The notes under the pieces were generated by a model. It made no database searches, was not told where the DNA came from, and saw only the letters and a program-made list of their open reading frames with translations. Positions 9,798 through 18,768 of a stretch of DNA of 23,645 nucleotides are shown one piece after another (the first letter of the stretch is position 1; every line of letters starts with the position of its first letter). The position numbers and the translations under genes were made by a program. Source of the DNA: an uncultured cyanobacterium (GTDB lineage Bacteria; Cyanobacteriota; Cyanobacteriia; Cyanobacteriales; Cyanobacteriaceae); contig CAVVOP010000013.1 in the NCBI GenBank assembly GCA_963749915.1, forward strand, positions 1 through 23,645. Direction: 5' to 3'.

Positions 9798-11408
9798 TCA
9801 GAGCAAAGCTCTGAGTGCTTCCTCCCCATGGTTATTAACGTACTGCTGTATTATATTTAGAGTAGTAATCGAAACATTTAATGATTTAAGAGGACTATTA
9901 AATTTGGGGAAATTATAAGTTTCCTGTTTCTTGCTCTGAGCTAAAAAACGAGTTAAAGCACCGTCAATAGTAATAGCACCAGTTTCAGCCCGAAGATTTT
10001 GTAACTGATGATAGGTTTTTTCCTCCACCTCTATATACCATTTACAACCTTCTCCTGCTTTATAGTTAAGTCCTTCTTTAATCAGAATTTCTTTCTTCTG
10101 AGGTTTTTGTGGTTGAGATAATGATGGTAAATCCAAGTCTTCGAGTCGGATTAACTCTCGTTGGTCATTATCAAAAGCAACCACAAGAGAATGAGGAGAG
10201 GGAATCTGGGTAACAACTCCTTCCGCCCACCAAAATAATGATTATCTTTTACCTTAACTCGATCGCCTACAGATAAAGGATTAGTTATTTTCTGTTTTCC
10301 TTTAGTGGGTTTGACATTGGTAGAATCTATTAATTCAGCAGTAGTAACAAGGGGAGTGGGGAGTTGGGAGTTGGGAGTGGTGTTTTCTTCTTCCTTTACC
10401 TCATCTTCTGATAGTTGTTCAGAAATTATCTGATTATCTTCTGCTGGTGGGAATGATTCTGATGACTTAGGTTTACCAATGTTGGTGGTGTCCTGAATAT
10501 AGGTTTTTCCTCCTCGTTTTACTTTTCTCTGATTGTTAAGTTTGTATCTTCGGTTATTGTGCGTTAAGCATAGAATTGCATTTTTTAGATTTATTCCGAA
10601 GAGTACAACAAAATGTTCGGAGACCCACACTGTTTAGCAATTTCCGATTACTCCATTGACTCCATTCAGAATCTTCAAGTAGAGTCATTACAGCCTTACG
10701 TTTATCCTCATTACTACGGCGTAAACCATGAGTAGAATTGACACGTCAGAGAAAATAATAAAGCTTCTCGGTAAGTACCAGATTTTTCGATAAAGGGTAA
10801 TTCAGTTATTCCTGCTTGTTTCGCCGCTTCTACTCGGTGAAAGCCATCAACCAAATAATAACGGGGAGTGGGCAGTGTACTTTGACTGGGTTCAGTAACC
10901 AGAGAGTCAGCAGTGGAGGTTAATTCAGAATTATGAGAATCAATTACTTGATTATTGTCACTACTCCCTACTCCCTGCTCCCATTCCCTACTCGCTCACT
11001 ACTCCCTACTCCCTGCTCCCCACTCCCTTCTTCTCTCCAGACGGTTATAGGAGGAAGTTCGACACCTTCAGAATAAGCCTGAGCATAATCATCCACCACA
11101 GAATCATTAATCTCTACCCTCTGCTGTAGGTTGACATCAATGGTAAGTAAAGTTAGCTTAATCTTTCCTGATACTTCCCGAATGCTATCTGAAATCGCCA
11201 TCGGTTTATTAACCTTCTGAAGATTGTTAGCCAGTTCGGGGCTAGGAACATTAGAACTATCCCAATTAACCCAAAACTGCAACATCTTGCCGTTATTAAC
11301 GTGAATGTCAGTTACTTTGCCGACATTCCCCCTCGCAAATACCCAATCACCGATTCCAATGTGATTAGGATTGAGAGAAAAGTCAGGATAATTTTTAGGT
11401 TTAGGCAT
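9798..11408 (-). pseudogene. ParB/Srx-like nuclease-domain protein with HTH and KOW segments, multiple frameshifts
   Basis: QQRVEINDSVVDDYAQAY...LPPITVW, YYLVDGFHRVEAAKQAG and NSTHGLRRSNEDKRKAVMTLLEDSEWSQWSNREIAKQC in successive frames; spans ORFs 10968-11420, 10151-10630 and 9798-10184. Confidence 0.75.
10910..10969. repeat. 60-bp core repeat, copy 1, flanked by heptamer tracts
   Basis: GCAGTGGAGGTTAATTCAGAATTATGAGAATCAA.TA.TTGATTATT.TCACTACTCCCT, also at 11558-11617. Flanks are GGGAGTG/GGCAGTG and CTCCCTA/CTCCCCA heptamers. Confidence 0.85.
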
Positions 11409-11557
11409 TTTGACCTCCACCCATGGATTTAAGCCATTGAGCTAAACGATTTTGGAAATTCTCATTAACGGGTATTTCTTCGGCAGATTCCTTGGTATAG
11501 GTTTTATACTTTTTCCCCTCAGCATCAGTAACAGAGGGAGTGGGCAGTGGGCAGTGG

Positions 11558-11617
11558 GCAGTGGAGGTTAATTCAGAATTATGAGAATCAAATAATTGAT
11601 TATTTTCACTACTCCCT
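11558..11617. repeat. 60-bp core repeat, copy 2, flanked by heptamer tracts
   Basis: Near-identical to 10910-10969. Confidence 0.85.
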
Positions 11618-12400
11618 TTCCCTGCTATTTCCCACTGCCTCTTGTCACTATTCCCTACTCCCGTCTTCCCTATTCCCTTCTTTTACTTGGGGTAATTGAC
11701 GAATAATGATTTCTTCAATACTGCCTACTTCCTGTTGACTACTCCCTTCAAAAGATACTGATTGTTCTGAATCTAAGGGTTTAAGGGCAGACAACAGGTC
11801 GATGGTCTCCTGTTGTTGTTCTGGGGAAATGGTACAACCATTATCGAGACGATTTTTAATGTTCTGAACTTTAGCGAAATACTCTTCTTGGTACTGTTCC
11901 CAACGAATAGGCAGTTTAGCAGGATCATTACGGAAATAAGCCAGTACATTCGCCTTAGACTCATAAATATCGCAATCTTGATACTTAACCACCCATTTCT
12001 TCGCTAACCACTCCTGAAAGGCTGGATCTAATTTGCCGTTAACATTCCATGCACCCTCTAGCAACCACTGCCAAATCGAATTACGAGTTCTGGATGATGA
12101 ATAATTAATATCCTCTTGTTTCTTGCTTGTTTCTGTTCCTTGACAACAATACTACCAGCCGAGACATTTTTCTCGACCTTGAGGTTATGGGAGACAGCTA
12201 GTAGGATTAGCAGTATTTCTGTATTAGATTCTTGGTTAAGAGAACTAATATACTGTTCTACCTGATTATTTTCTTCTTCTTCAGCAATACTCCAATAATC
12301 TGTGTGTGTGTCACAGTCTGGATACGTATGAATAGTTTTATTAGTCTGAATAGTCTGAGAGAGGGCAGAATCAAGTTCTGGCAATGGTTCTGGCTGTTGA

Positions 12401-12500
12401 TTTTCTGAGATCTCAGAATTTTTTCTGGGATCTCGTAAATTATTCTGGGATCTCAGAATTTTTTCTGGGATCTCAGAATTTGTTCTGGAATCCCGTAAAG
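12401..12500. repeat. Five tandem 20-bp dyad-symmetric repeats (putative ori iterons)
   Basis: Units start at 12401, 12421, 12441, 12461 and 12481; consensus TTTTCTGGGATCTCAGAATT. The first core TTCTGAGATCTCAGAA is a perfect palindrome. Confidence 0.85.
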
Positions 12501-12871
12501 TTTCAGGAGGTGGAGAATCATGTTCTTGGCTCAAATCCACCGACAAGGTAGTGTACTGATCTTATCTTTAACCCACTCAATAATTACCTTGCCCTTTTTA
12601 ATCAAGAGGATTCCCAATTTCTTCAGTTTGCCAATGGCTTCATAAACACTACTTTCGGGAATGTTCCAAGCCAAGCCAAATTCTTTGGGATTAATTTCTA
12701 CTGGGCGATCGCAAAATGGATTTTCATACCGCAGTGCTAGGTGGACAAAAGCAGTATTGTTAATGAGCTTGGCTTTTCGTAGAGCAATTAACTCTTGCTT
12801 TTGTAAAGGATAAAATTCTCCTTGTACTTTGTTATTGGTTCTTTGAGGGGTGGGAATATTAGATGTCATAA

Positions 12872-12982
12872 TTACACCTCCTCTTCTGCGGTAATAAGAG
12901 CCAAGGCGATGCAATTTTGTTGATTGGTAATGTTAACCGAACCACTATGGGAAAAGGTTAACATGAAAAATCTTTCATTCAT
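12872..12982 (-). CDS. 36-aa putative leader peptide upstream of the rep-like gene
   Basis: MNERFFMLTFSHSGSVNITNQQNCIALALITAEEEV*, with AAGGAG upstream; its stop is 2 nt before the rep ATG. Confidence 0.45.
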   Translation of the reverse strand: MNERFFMLTFSHSGSVNITNQQNCIALALITAEEEV

Positions 12983-12996
12983 GATATAATAGACTC

Positions 12997-13106
12997 CTTA
13001 TATATAAACCCTTGTATATAAATTGAAACTTGTAACTAAAGATTTTCAACACGTTAGTTACTTGATTATTTAATAAAAATCGAGAGACTCCTTCGGGGGT
13101 CTTTTT
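12997..13106 (+). ncRNA. Candidate antisense (copy-control) RNA
   Basis: Extended -10 TGATATAAT at 12982-12990; stem GTAACTAA/TTAGTTAC at 13032-13061; terminal hairpin GAGACTCC-TTCG-GGGGTCTT plus T-run; no ORF. Confidence 0.45.
13084..13106 (+). terminator. Intrinsic terminator with UUCG tetraloop
   Basis: GAGACTCC TTCG GGGGTCTTTTT. Confidence 0.7.
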
Positions 13107-13174
13107 GACTATTTAACTTTTTTTTGACCTTGATTTTTGCCAGTTTTTACTATTTAGTTAATTTTACCTCGTAT

Positions 13175-13202
13175 TATTATAATTTGATCTCAAATTATAA
13201 TA
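13175..13202. promoter_or_regulatory. Perfect 13-bp inverted repeat with TATAAT boxes on both strands (putative operator)
   Basis: TATTATAATTTGA-TC-TCAAATTATAATA, between the divergent rep-like and XRE genes. Confidence 0.6.
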
Positions 13203-13253
13203 GCTTAATTTGTTTATTTTTTTAAGTAGAAGAAATAAAATCATTGAGTTAGT

Positions 13254-13607
13254 ATGAGTTACTCAATGGATAAAAGAGAAAGAAATTTATCAAATCTTTT
13301 ACTTAGATTGAAAGATAATAAGAGTGAGAAAAAATTAGCTCAGAACATTGGAGTAAGCCAATATGCTATTAATCGTTGGTTAAATAATAAGCATTTTCCT
13401 GATACTAAGAATCTGAAAAAGATAGCTGATTACATGGATATATCCATCGATCAATTATTATCTCAATTAAATGAAGAAGAAGCTTATAAATTAGAAGAGA
13501 TCAAGACTGCACAAGGAATATTCAATTCTATTATTCTAAACCTGCCTCTTAAAGAAAAGCTCATCTTAATTAAACTTATAGCTAATAACGTTGAAGAAAA
13601 TCTGTAA
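13254..13607 (+). CDS. XRE-family HTH transcriptional regulator
   Basis: SEKKLAQNIGVSQYAINRWLNNKHFPDTKNLKKIADYMDISIDQLL is a canonical Cro/CI HTH. Confidence 0.9.
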   Translation: MSYSMDKRERNLSNLLLRLKDNKSEKKLAQNIGVSQYAINRWLNNKHFPDTKNLKKIADYMDISIDQLLSQLNEEEAYKLEEIKTAQGIFNSIILNLPLKEKLILIKLIANNVEENL

Positions 13608-13747
13608 TTTTTTACACTTTTCCTGTATAGTGAACAGAAAAAACTAACTGGAATTGATAATTGATGCAGTTAAATTAATTATCTTTGTATTTTTAGTATC
13701 TCTCGCTTAATTGACTTTTTAAGGTAAACTTTCAGGCAATCCCATCT

Positions 13748-14083
13748 TTATTCATAACTCGTACCACACTCTGGACAATCCCAGAATAAAGGTTTTCTCG
13801 GATATTCATAACCACAATTATGACAGCTTCCTGTAAATGCTGGGTGATTGTTTAAAAGCCAGAGCTGTCTTTCCTTATCAGGTTTATCTGTGGTAATTTT
13901 ATCAATTCATTATCACAGTAAATATAACCTTCAGGACACCATTGTTCGATGGAAAATATAGTCAGGATTAAGACGATAATCAATGCAAGTATGAGTATCA
14001 ACGCCTTGAGGATGTACGGCACAGACTAAATGAGGATTATTCGAGTAAAATTGACAACTATCACACTGCTTAATCTTAGGCAT
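13748..14083 (-). pseudogene. Cys-rich zinc-binding hypothetical protein (DUF6464-like N-terminus), frameshifted
   Basis: MPKIKQCDSCQFYSNNPHLVCAVHPQG...C.DY, then HPAFTGSCHNCGYEYPRKPLFWDCPECG in another frame; family name from recall. Confidence 0.6.
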
Positions 14084-14154
14084 AATTTAGACTTTTCTTT
14101 TTATGATAAAGCGATTAAGAGTGTCGATAAGTAAAGTTCTAGATAGAGGTAACT

Positions 14155-14379
14155 ATGACATCGTCATCAATTTGGAAGTATAAGCCTTGGTGGTGTCAAC
14201 CTTGGTCAATTCTGCTGACAGGAATCGTGATTATCGCAGGAAGTTGGCTGTTGTTTCAACTAATCTGGCTAACAGCTTTGTTTTTCACGTTGATCAGTCT
14301 TTGGTGGTTTCTTTTCCTGATCCTCATTCCCTATTTGTTCACAAGACAAGAAACTATTAATACCCCCAAAACCGAATAA
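14155..14379 (+). CDS. Small cyanobacterial membrane protein (DUF6737-like)
   Basis: WKYKPWWCQPWSILLTG signature followed by two hydrophobic helices; family name from recall. Confidence 0.75.
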   Translation: MTSSSIWKYKPWWCQPWSILLTGIVIIAGSWLLFQLIWLTALFFTLISLWWFLFLILIPYLFTRQETINTPKTE

Positions 14380-14434
14380 TCAAGATGCCTCCCAATATCT
14401 GATAATCTTAATTTAACCAGTTAGCTGAGGATAA

Positions 14435-14462
14435 AGTTGTGATAATAACTGTTTTCACAAGT
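14435..14462. other. Putative tyrosine-recombinase core site (11-6-11, dif-like geometry)
   Basis: AGTTGTGATAA-TAACTG-TTTTCACAAGT, arms 9/11 complementary, 27 nt before the recombinase ATG. Confidence 0.5.
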
Positions 14463-14489
14463 TGAATCATTGGAGGTTGAACTATTATT

Positions 14490-15442
14490 ATGACAAGCAT
14501 TCAGCCAATTCGACCCAATATTACCTTTTTAGCTCCCGTCTCCTCAAAGGTGGATTGGGAAAGGGTTGTTAGTGACTGGATTAAAACAAAGCGATCGCAC
14601 CATACTCAACGGGCATATTCAAAGGATCTAAACTACTTTTTAGCCCATGAACAGGGTTTAACGGTGGAGAATTTTCTCAGGGATAGCCACCTGCCTACGA
14701 AATTTCCTCTCGTTATCGGGGAAGACTCATCGAACAAGGCAAAAGCGGTGCTACCATTAACCGAAGGCTATCAGCTTTAAAATCCCTCACCGCCTACTGC
14801 TACCAGTGCGGACATTGTGAATTTACCCTCGAAGCTGTGAAATTGGAGAAGTTGAAAACTTATCGGGATACTTCAGGTATCGATGTTACTACCTATAAAG
14901 AAATCCTAGAAATCTGCGAACGTACTACGATTCGAGGGCTAAGGGACTATGCTATTCTCACCCTGCTTTGGTCTAATGCTTTGCGTCGTTCGGAAGTGTC
15001 TAAGTGCAATGTGTCGGACTTTAATCCCCAAGGGCGAACTCTAAAAATCTTTGGTAAAGGTCGAGGAACTCAATCAGAAATCATCACCCTGGGGCAATCA
15101 ACGGTAAAGGCGATCGCCAACTATCTTGAAACTCGAATAGCTTTACCCCATGAGCCATTATTTGTTGCCCACAAACCAGGTTATGAAGGTAGGCGACTAT
15201 CAACTAATTCTATTTATAATATTGTCCGCACTCGTGCTACTGAGGCAGGAATTACTAAGGTGATGAGTCCTCACAGGGTAAGGCATAGTGCCATTACTAC
15301 TGCTCTCGATGTCACTGGGGGAGATGTGCGACGGGTGCAGAAGTTGAGCCGTCATAGTAATCTTAATACTCTGATTATTTACGATGACAACCGTATCAAT
15401 GCCCAAGCCCAAGTAACGGAACTACTGGATGGGTTGGTGTGA
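14490..15442 (+). pseudogene. XerC/D-like tyrosine recombinase, frameshift near 14690
   Basis: N-terminal SHHTQRAYSKDL, then ATINRRLSALKSL in the second frame; catalytic R (NALRRSE), K (GKGR), HxxR (HRVRHS), H (LSRHS) and Y (IYDD). Confidence 0.88.
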
Positions 15443-15478
15443 TGGGTTGGGGAAATTATAGATATTATCCTTAACGAC

Positions 15479-15511
15479 AAAAAAAAGAAGGCAGGGGCAA
15501 CAACCCCCACC
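15479..15511 (-). terminator. Adenine-free intrinsic terminator
   Basis: Minus strand GGTGGGGG-TTGTTG-CCCCTGCC-TTCTTTTTTTT, just after the TAG at 15519-15521. Confidence 0.65.
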
Positions 15512-15518
15512 AGAGCCA

Positions 15519-15803
15519 CTAGGGAAGAGAAGCCCAAGCACCCCACCCACGAACGGGCGAGGACGCAGGAACAACAACGGGAACAGACACAACCCAGCAC
15601 CCCGCAACAGCAGGACAAGAACGAACCGCCACCGCCGAGAAACCACAAGCACCAGCCCACCGCCGAGCAAAACCCGAAGCCAAAGCCAACGAACCAAACC
15701 GAGCAACCAAACGGAAGCCACCACCAGAACGCCCCGGACGCAACCACCAAGAACAACAGCCACAAGCCAACGCCGAACCAGAAACACAACGGAAAGAAAC
15801 CAC
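15519..15803 (-). CDS. Adenine-free small protein (94 aa from GTG; frame open to 15857)
   Basis: No A on the sense strand except in TAG; codons mostly end in T; followed by a terminator; paralogous fragment at 5523-5609 supports this frame. Start uncertain (GTG 15803 or CTG 15839). Confidence 0.7.
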   Translation of the reverse strand: MVSFRCVSGSALACGCCSWWLRPGRSGGGFRLVARFGSLALASGFARRWAGACGFSAVAVRSCPAVAGCWVVSVPVVVPASSPVRGWGAWASLP

Positions 15804-16217
15804 AGCAACAACCGCCCACGAGGACGAACGAAAGAACAGCTTTCTTCTTGCCCGACCTCATTTTTCACAGAGCGCTTGAAATGGGCGCAAGGCAGGCGCA
15901 GTCGCCGTTACGAAGACTATAAGCAAGTAGAACTAAACTATGGCGGCGCAAGTCGCCTAGTCGCCCCACGATAAAGGGCATAATAGAAAAGCTGTCGTTC
16001 ATTATCCTCACCAGTTCTAGCCACGCAGTGGCCAGTGAAGGCAAAAAGACTATGTTTTTAACCACTAATAATGTGTTGAAAAGTGTTTTCTATAGTAGCT
16101 GTATTTCAAGCTAGATATTAATATATATTAAGAAAAATATCTAGGTAATGGTTTTTACTTATACTTATATTGAATAAAATAAATTTATCAGAAATTTTTT
16201 GGAGTTGATAAGAAATT

Positions 16218-16568
16218 ATGTCTAAACAAGCCTGGCTTCTCTTTATTGATGGCCGTATTGCTCAGGAACAAGGTGATATAGACTTAGCATTGCTGAAAAT
16301 TAAGCAAGCTCTCGATATCACCCCATCAAATCCTTCTTTCTTACGTGCTTATGCTTCTGCTCTTTTACAGAAAGCAAGTTCTTCATCTGCAACCGGTTCT
16401 GACATTGAAAACAGATATCAGCAACTGGCTGCTGAATTGGCGTTCGCCTCTGAGTCTGACACACCCAACAACTGGATTCCTGCTCTTGAGGAACTCAAAC
16501 AATCCCTAGAATCAGCCCCACTTCCTGCTCCTGGTGCAGCCGCGTTAGTATCGGCCGTAGCTTGGTAA
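16218..16568 (+). CDS. TPR-like small protein, putative precursor with C-terminal core AAALVSAVAW
   Basis: GGAG upstream; AWLLFIDGRIAQEQGDIDLALLKIKQALDITPSNP is TPR-like; ends LPAPG-AAALVSAVAW; directly upstream of a radical SAM gene. Confidence 0.75.
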   Translation: MSKQAWLLFIDGRIAQEQGDIDLALLKIKQALDITPSNPSFLRAYASALLQKASSSSATGSDIENRYQQLAAELAFASESDTPNNWIPALEELKQSLESAPLPAPGAAALVSAVAW

Positions 16569-16604
16569 ATGCGGGTATCGTGACTTAATATAAGCGAAAC
16601 AAAC

Positions 16605-16649
16605 AGAAAAACACGATACGATGTTTACTACATCATTACGTGTTTTTCT
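16605..16649 (+). terminator. Stem-loop between putative precursor and radical SAM gene
   Basis: AGAAAAACACG...GATGT-TTACT-ACATC...CGTGTTTTTCT. Confidence 0.55.
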
Positions 16650-16698
16650 ATCCTTCATTGATCAATGGTAATAAGGTGCATAGAAATATCTTAAAATA

Positions 16699-18117
16699 AT
16701 GAAACTTCAACATGGACATCTAATAGCATTTGATAGGTTTATGCCAATTTATAATTGGTACTACCCCATATATAATACTGTTTACGACACCCAATTAAGT
16801 AATCCCTGGGATATTTATTCACATGTCAATATTGAGGGAATTAATAGTAGAGCACTTTATATTCATATTCCATTCTGCGAAACCATATGTTCGTTCTGTC
16901 CTTTTTCACGCACAACTTTTGCCTCTTATAGCAATGTCAAGAGATATGTTGAAGCACTTATTAAAGAGATCACTTTAAAGTGTAAACATAAAACAATTAC
17001 AAATATCCCGATCTCTGCGATTTATTTTGGGGGTGGAACCCCATCTGTTCTAGAACCTGACGAGATTATTTTAATTGGTCGGGTAATTAGGGATAACTTC
17101 GATCTCTCACAATTATCTGAATTTTCCTTCGAGTTTGAAGTCAAAAGTGTCTCAAAGGATCGAATTGATGCGCTCAAACAAATCGGTGTTACCCATGCTC
17201 GATTTGGGCTACAGACTTTCTCAGAGAAATATAGGAAACTATTCAATCTTACGTCATCATTAGAGCAAATTTATGATGCTTCATCAACACTCGTTGAAAA
17301 TTTCGATTACGTGTCCTTCGATATGCTCTATGGCATGCACGGCCAAACTGATGAAGAGTTTGTGGCTGACATCATACAAGCTACAAAAATGGGAACGAAT
17401 AATATAGATTTCTATCCAATTAACAATCTTGTCACACAGGATATATTACGAAAAAACTATGATAGGGATGGTTTAAAGGCAAGTAATGGTCTACGAAAAC
17501 TACACCTGAACGTGCTGTTAAGAGAATATTTAGCGAAACTTAATTTCTTTCCCCATAATGGTCATGGCTATGTTAGAGATGGATCAGGAAACAATGTGAA
17601 GAAAGAGTGCATAACTACCGATAAATACATCTTCAACTATCATAAACATGTCTACGGATACAGTGATACAGATCTTCTCGGATTTGGAAATGGGTCCATA
17701 TCATCTTTCTCAAATATTACAGTCACAAACTGTGATGATCGTGAGAAGTATATTGATAGTATAAATAGTGATCGAATTTTTTATCAAGTTGGTGAACATG
17801 AGCATGGTGCGTTTTATAACAAACCAATCACGATGCATTTACCTTATTTTGGATACCTTGATAAAAATTTAGTCAACTGGAACAATGTAAACCCATTTAT
17901 TATTGATAGCTTGGAAGAGCTTAAAAAGTATAGGCTTGTTTATGAAAACGAAAACGATTTTTATCTAACATTTATCGGATGGCTTTGGTATGTAAACCTA
18001 TTTTATTATCTTTCATCACCATGTGAGCGTCTCGGACTTGACATGCTAATTAAGCGTTTCCAAGACGAAATATCATACAATCCAAGTGAGGAGTATGAAA
18101 TAAAAATCCCGCGCTAA
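16699..18117 (+). CDS. HemN/HemW-like (class C-type) radical SAM enzyme
   Basis: LYIHIPFCETICSFCPF (CxxxCxxC), YFGGGTPS, RFGLQTF, FDMLYGMHGQT and LLGFGNGSIS. The N-terminus has PIYNWYYP where HemN has PRYTSYP. Confidence 0.92.
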   Translation: MKLQHGHLIAFDRFMPIYNWYYPIYNTVYDTQLSNPWDIYSHVNIEGINSRALYIHIPFCETICSFCPFSRTTFASYSNVKRYVEALIKEITLKCKHKTITNIPISAIYFGGGTPSVLEPDEIILIGRVIRDNFDLSQLSEFSFEFEVKSVSKDRIDALKQIGVTHARFGLQTFSEKYRKLFNLTSSLEQIYDASSTLVENFDYVSFDMLYGMHGQTDEEFVADIIQATKMGTNNIDFYPINNLVTQDILRKNYDRDGLKASNGLRKLHLNVLLREYLAKLNFFPHNGHGYVRDGSGNNVKKECITTDKYIFNYHKHVYGYSDTDLLGFGNGSISSFSNITVTNCDDREKYIDSINSDRIFYQVGEHEHGAFYNKPITMHLPYFGYLDKNLVNWNNVNPFIIDSLEELKKYRLVYENENDFYLTFIGWLWYVNLFYYLSSPCERLGLDMLIKRFQDEISYNPSEEYEIKIPR

Positions 18118-18135
18118 TTAACATGTTCTACTGGT

Positions 18136-18747
18136 CTATAACATAGGTGGTTGTCCAGTTGGCCCTTGAGCAGAGGGGAGTTTCCTCAATATCTTTATAA
18201 ATTCCTGTGAGGAATATAGTGTTCCATATTTCAAATAGTCTAGATATTGCTCTGGAGATTTAACGAGTAAGATATTATTTCGGGAATTCTCATTCAGCCA
18301 AAATGTATGCATATGAAACTCTGGTATTAGTAATAACCTGACGACTGGATCTCCAAGGACATTCCTATCTACCCAATCAGTCGCCTTTGAAATAGCTCTA
18401 CTAACCTGTGAATTGGACGAGACTCGTAGGACAGACCAGTCAGAAGATTTGTCATCATTTGGTGGTCGTGTTTCTGCGAAGCTAATATCAGAGTCATCAA
18501 TTGAGATTTGGTGATGCCAATGATTTAGAGGTTTAACATAGTTCCCAAAGGAACCACTATCTAATTTTAGGGAGTAAACGCTACATTTGAAAGTCCAAAT
18601 AGATAACGTTTCCTTTATTTCAGCCTCCGGCAGAGCTCCTCCTGGTGGTGGAAGGAAATCCTTTCTTATTAGTGGATTCAGCCGTTCTCCAATTAGCGGT
18701 GCAATTATGTCAATTGCATTATCTGGTAAGGTATCTGTGTGTGTCAT
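18136..18747 (-). CDS. Hypothetical protease-partner protein
   Basis: Intact 203 aa, 21 nt downstream of the protease. VRLLLIPEFHMHTFWL resembles an uncharacterised family I recall next to papain-like proteases. Contains LPPPG. Confidence 0.75.
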   Translation of the reverse strand: MTHTDTLPDNAIDIIAPLIGERLNPLIRKDFLPPPGGALPEAEIKETLSIWTFKCSVYSLKLDSGSFGNYVKPLNHWHHQISIDDSDISFAETRPPNDDKSSDWSVLRVSSNSQVSRAISKATDWVDRNVLGDPVVRLLLIPEFHMHTFWLNENSRNNILLVKSPEQYLDYLKYGTLYSSQEFIKILRKLPSAQGPTGQPPML

Positions 18748-18768
18748 AAATCAGTTGCGTACTCTTTT

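Larger units (their letters stand above)
11401..12869 (-). pseudogene. Putative replication initiator (N-terminal wHTH, internal iterons), frameshifted
   Basis: ATG 12869 with GAGGAGG upstream; wHTH-like INPKEFGLAWNIPESSVYEAIGKLKKLG; ORFs 12531-12914, 12058-12546 and 11648-12064 plus a tail ending ...MGGGQNA* at 11401; internal 20-bp repeats. Confidence 0.6.

Noticed and set aside
12401..12500. CRISPR array
   Set aside because: Repeats are contiguous with no spacers and there are no cas genes.
14490..15442. Integron integrase serving the attC at 917-1002
   Set aside because: I see no IntI-specific insertion before the HxxR motif, and it lies 13 kb away with its own candidate site.
15473..15840. 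Diversity-generating retroelement variable or template repeat
   Set aside because: No reverse transcriptase and no near-identical partner repeat differing only at adenines; the 5523 remnant is too divergent.
15379..15868. 160-aa and 148-aa Cys/Gly/Trp-rich ORFs as membrane proteins or RiPP precursors
   Set aside because: An A-free strand cannot contain stops, so all frames stay open. Only the 15519-15803 frame is supported by the stop position, terminator, third-position bias and paralog.
16521..16535. LPAPG as a sortase LPxTG signal
   Set aside because: No Thr, no full membrane helix or basic tail, no signal peptide and no sortase; the motif also occurs near N-termini of two neighbours.
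16699..18117. Housekeeping hemN or hemW
   Set aside because: Lacks the HemN PRYTSYP N-terminus, has no tetrapyrrole context and sits in an accessory island, so no gene symbol was given.
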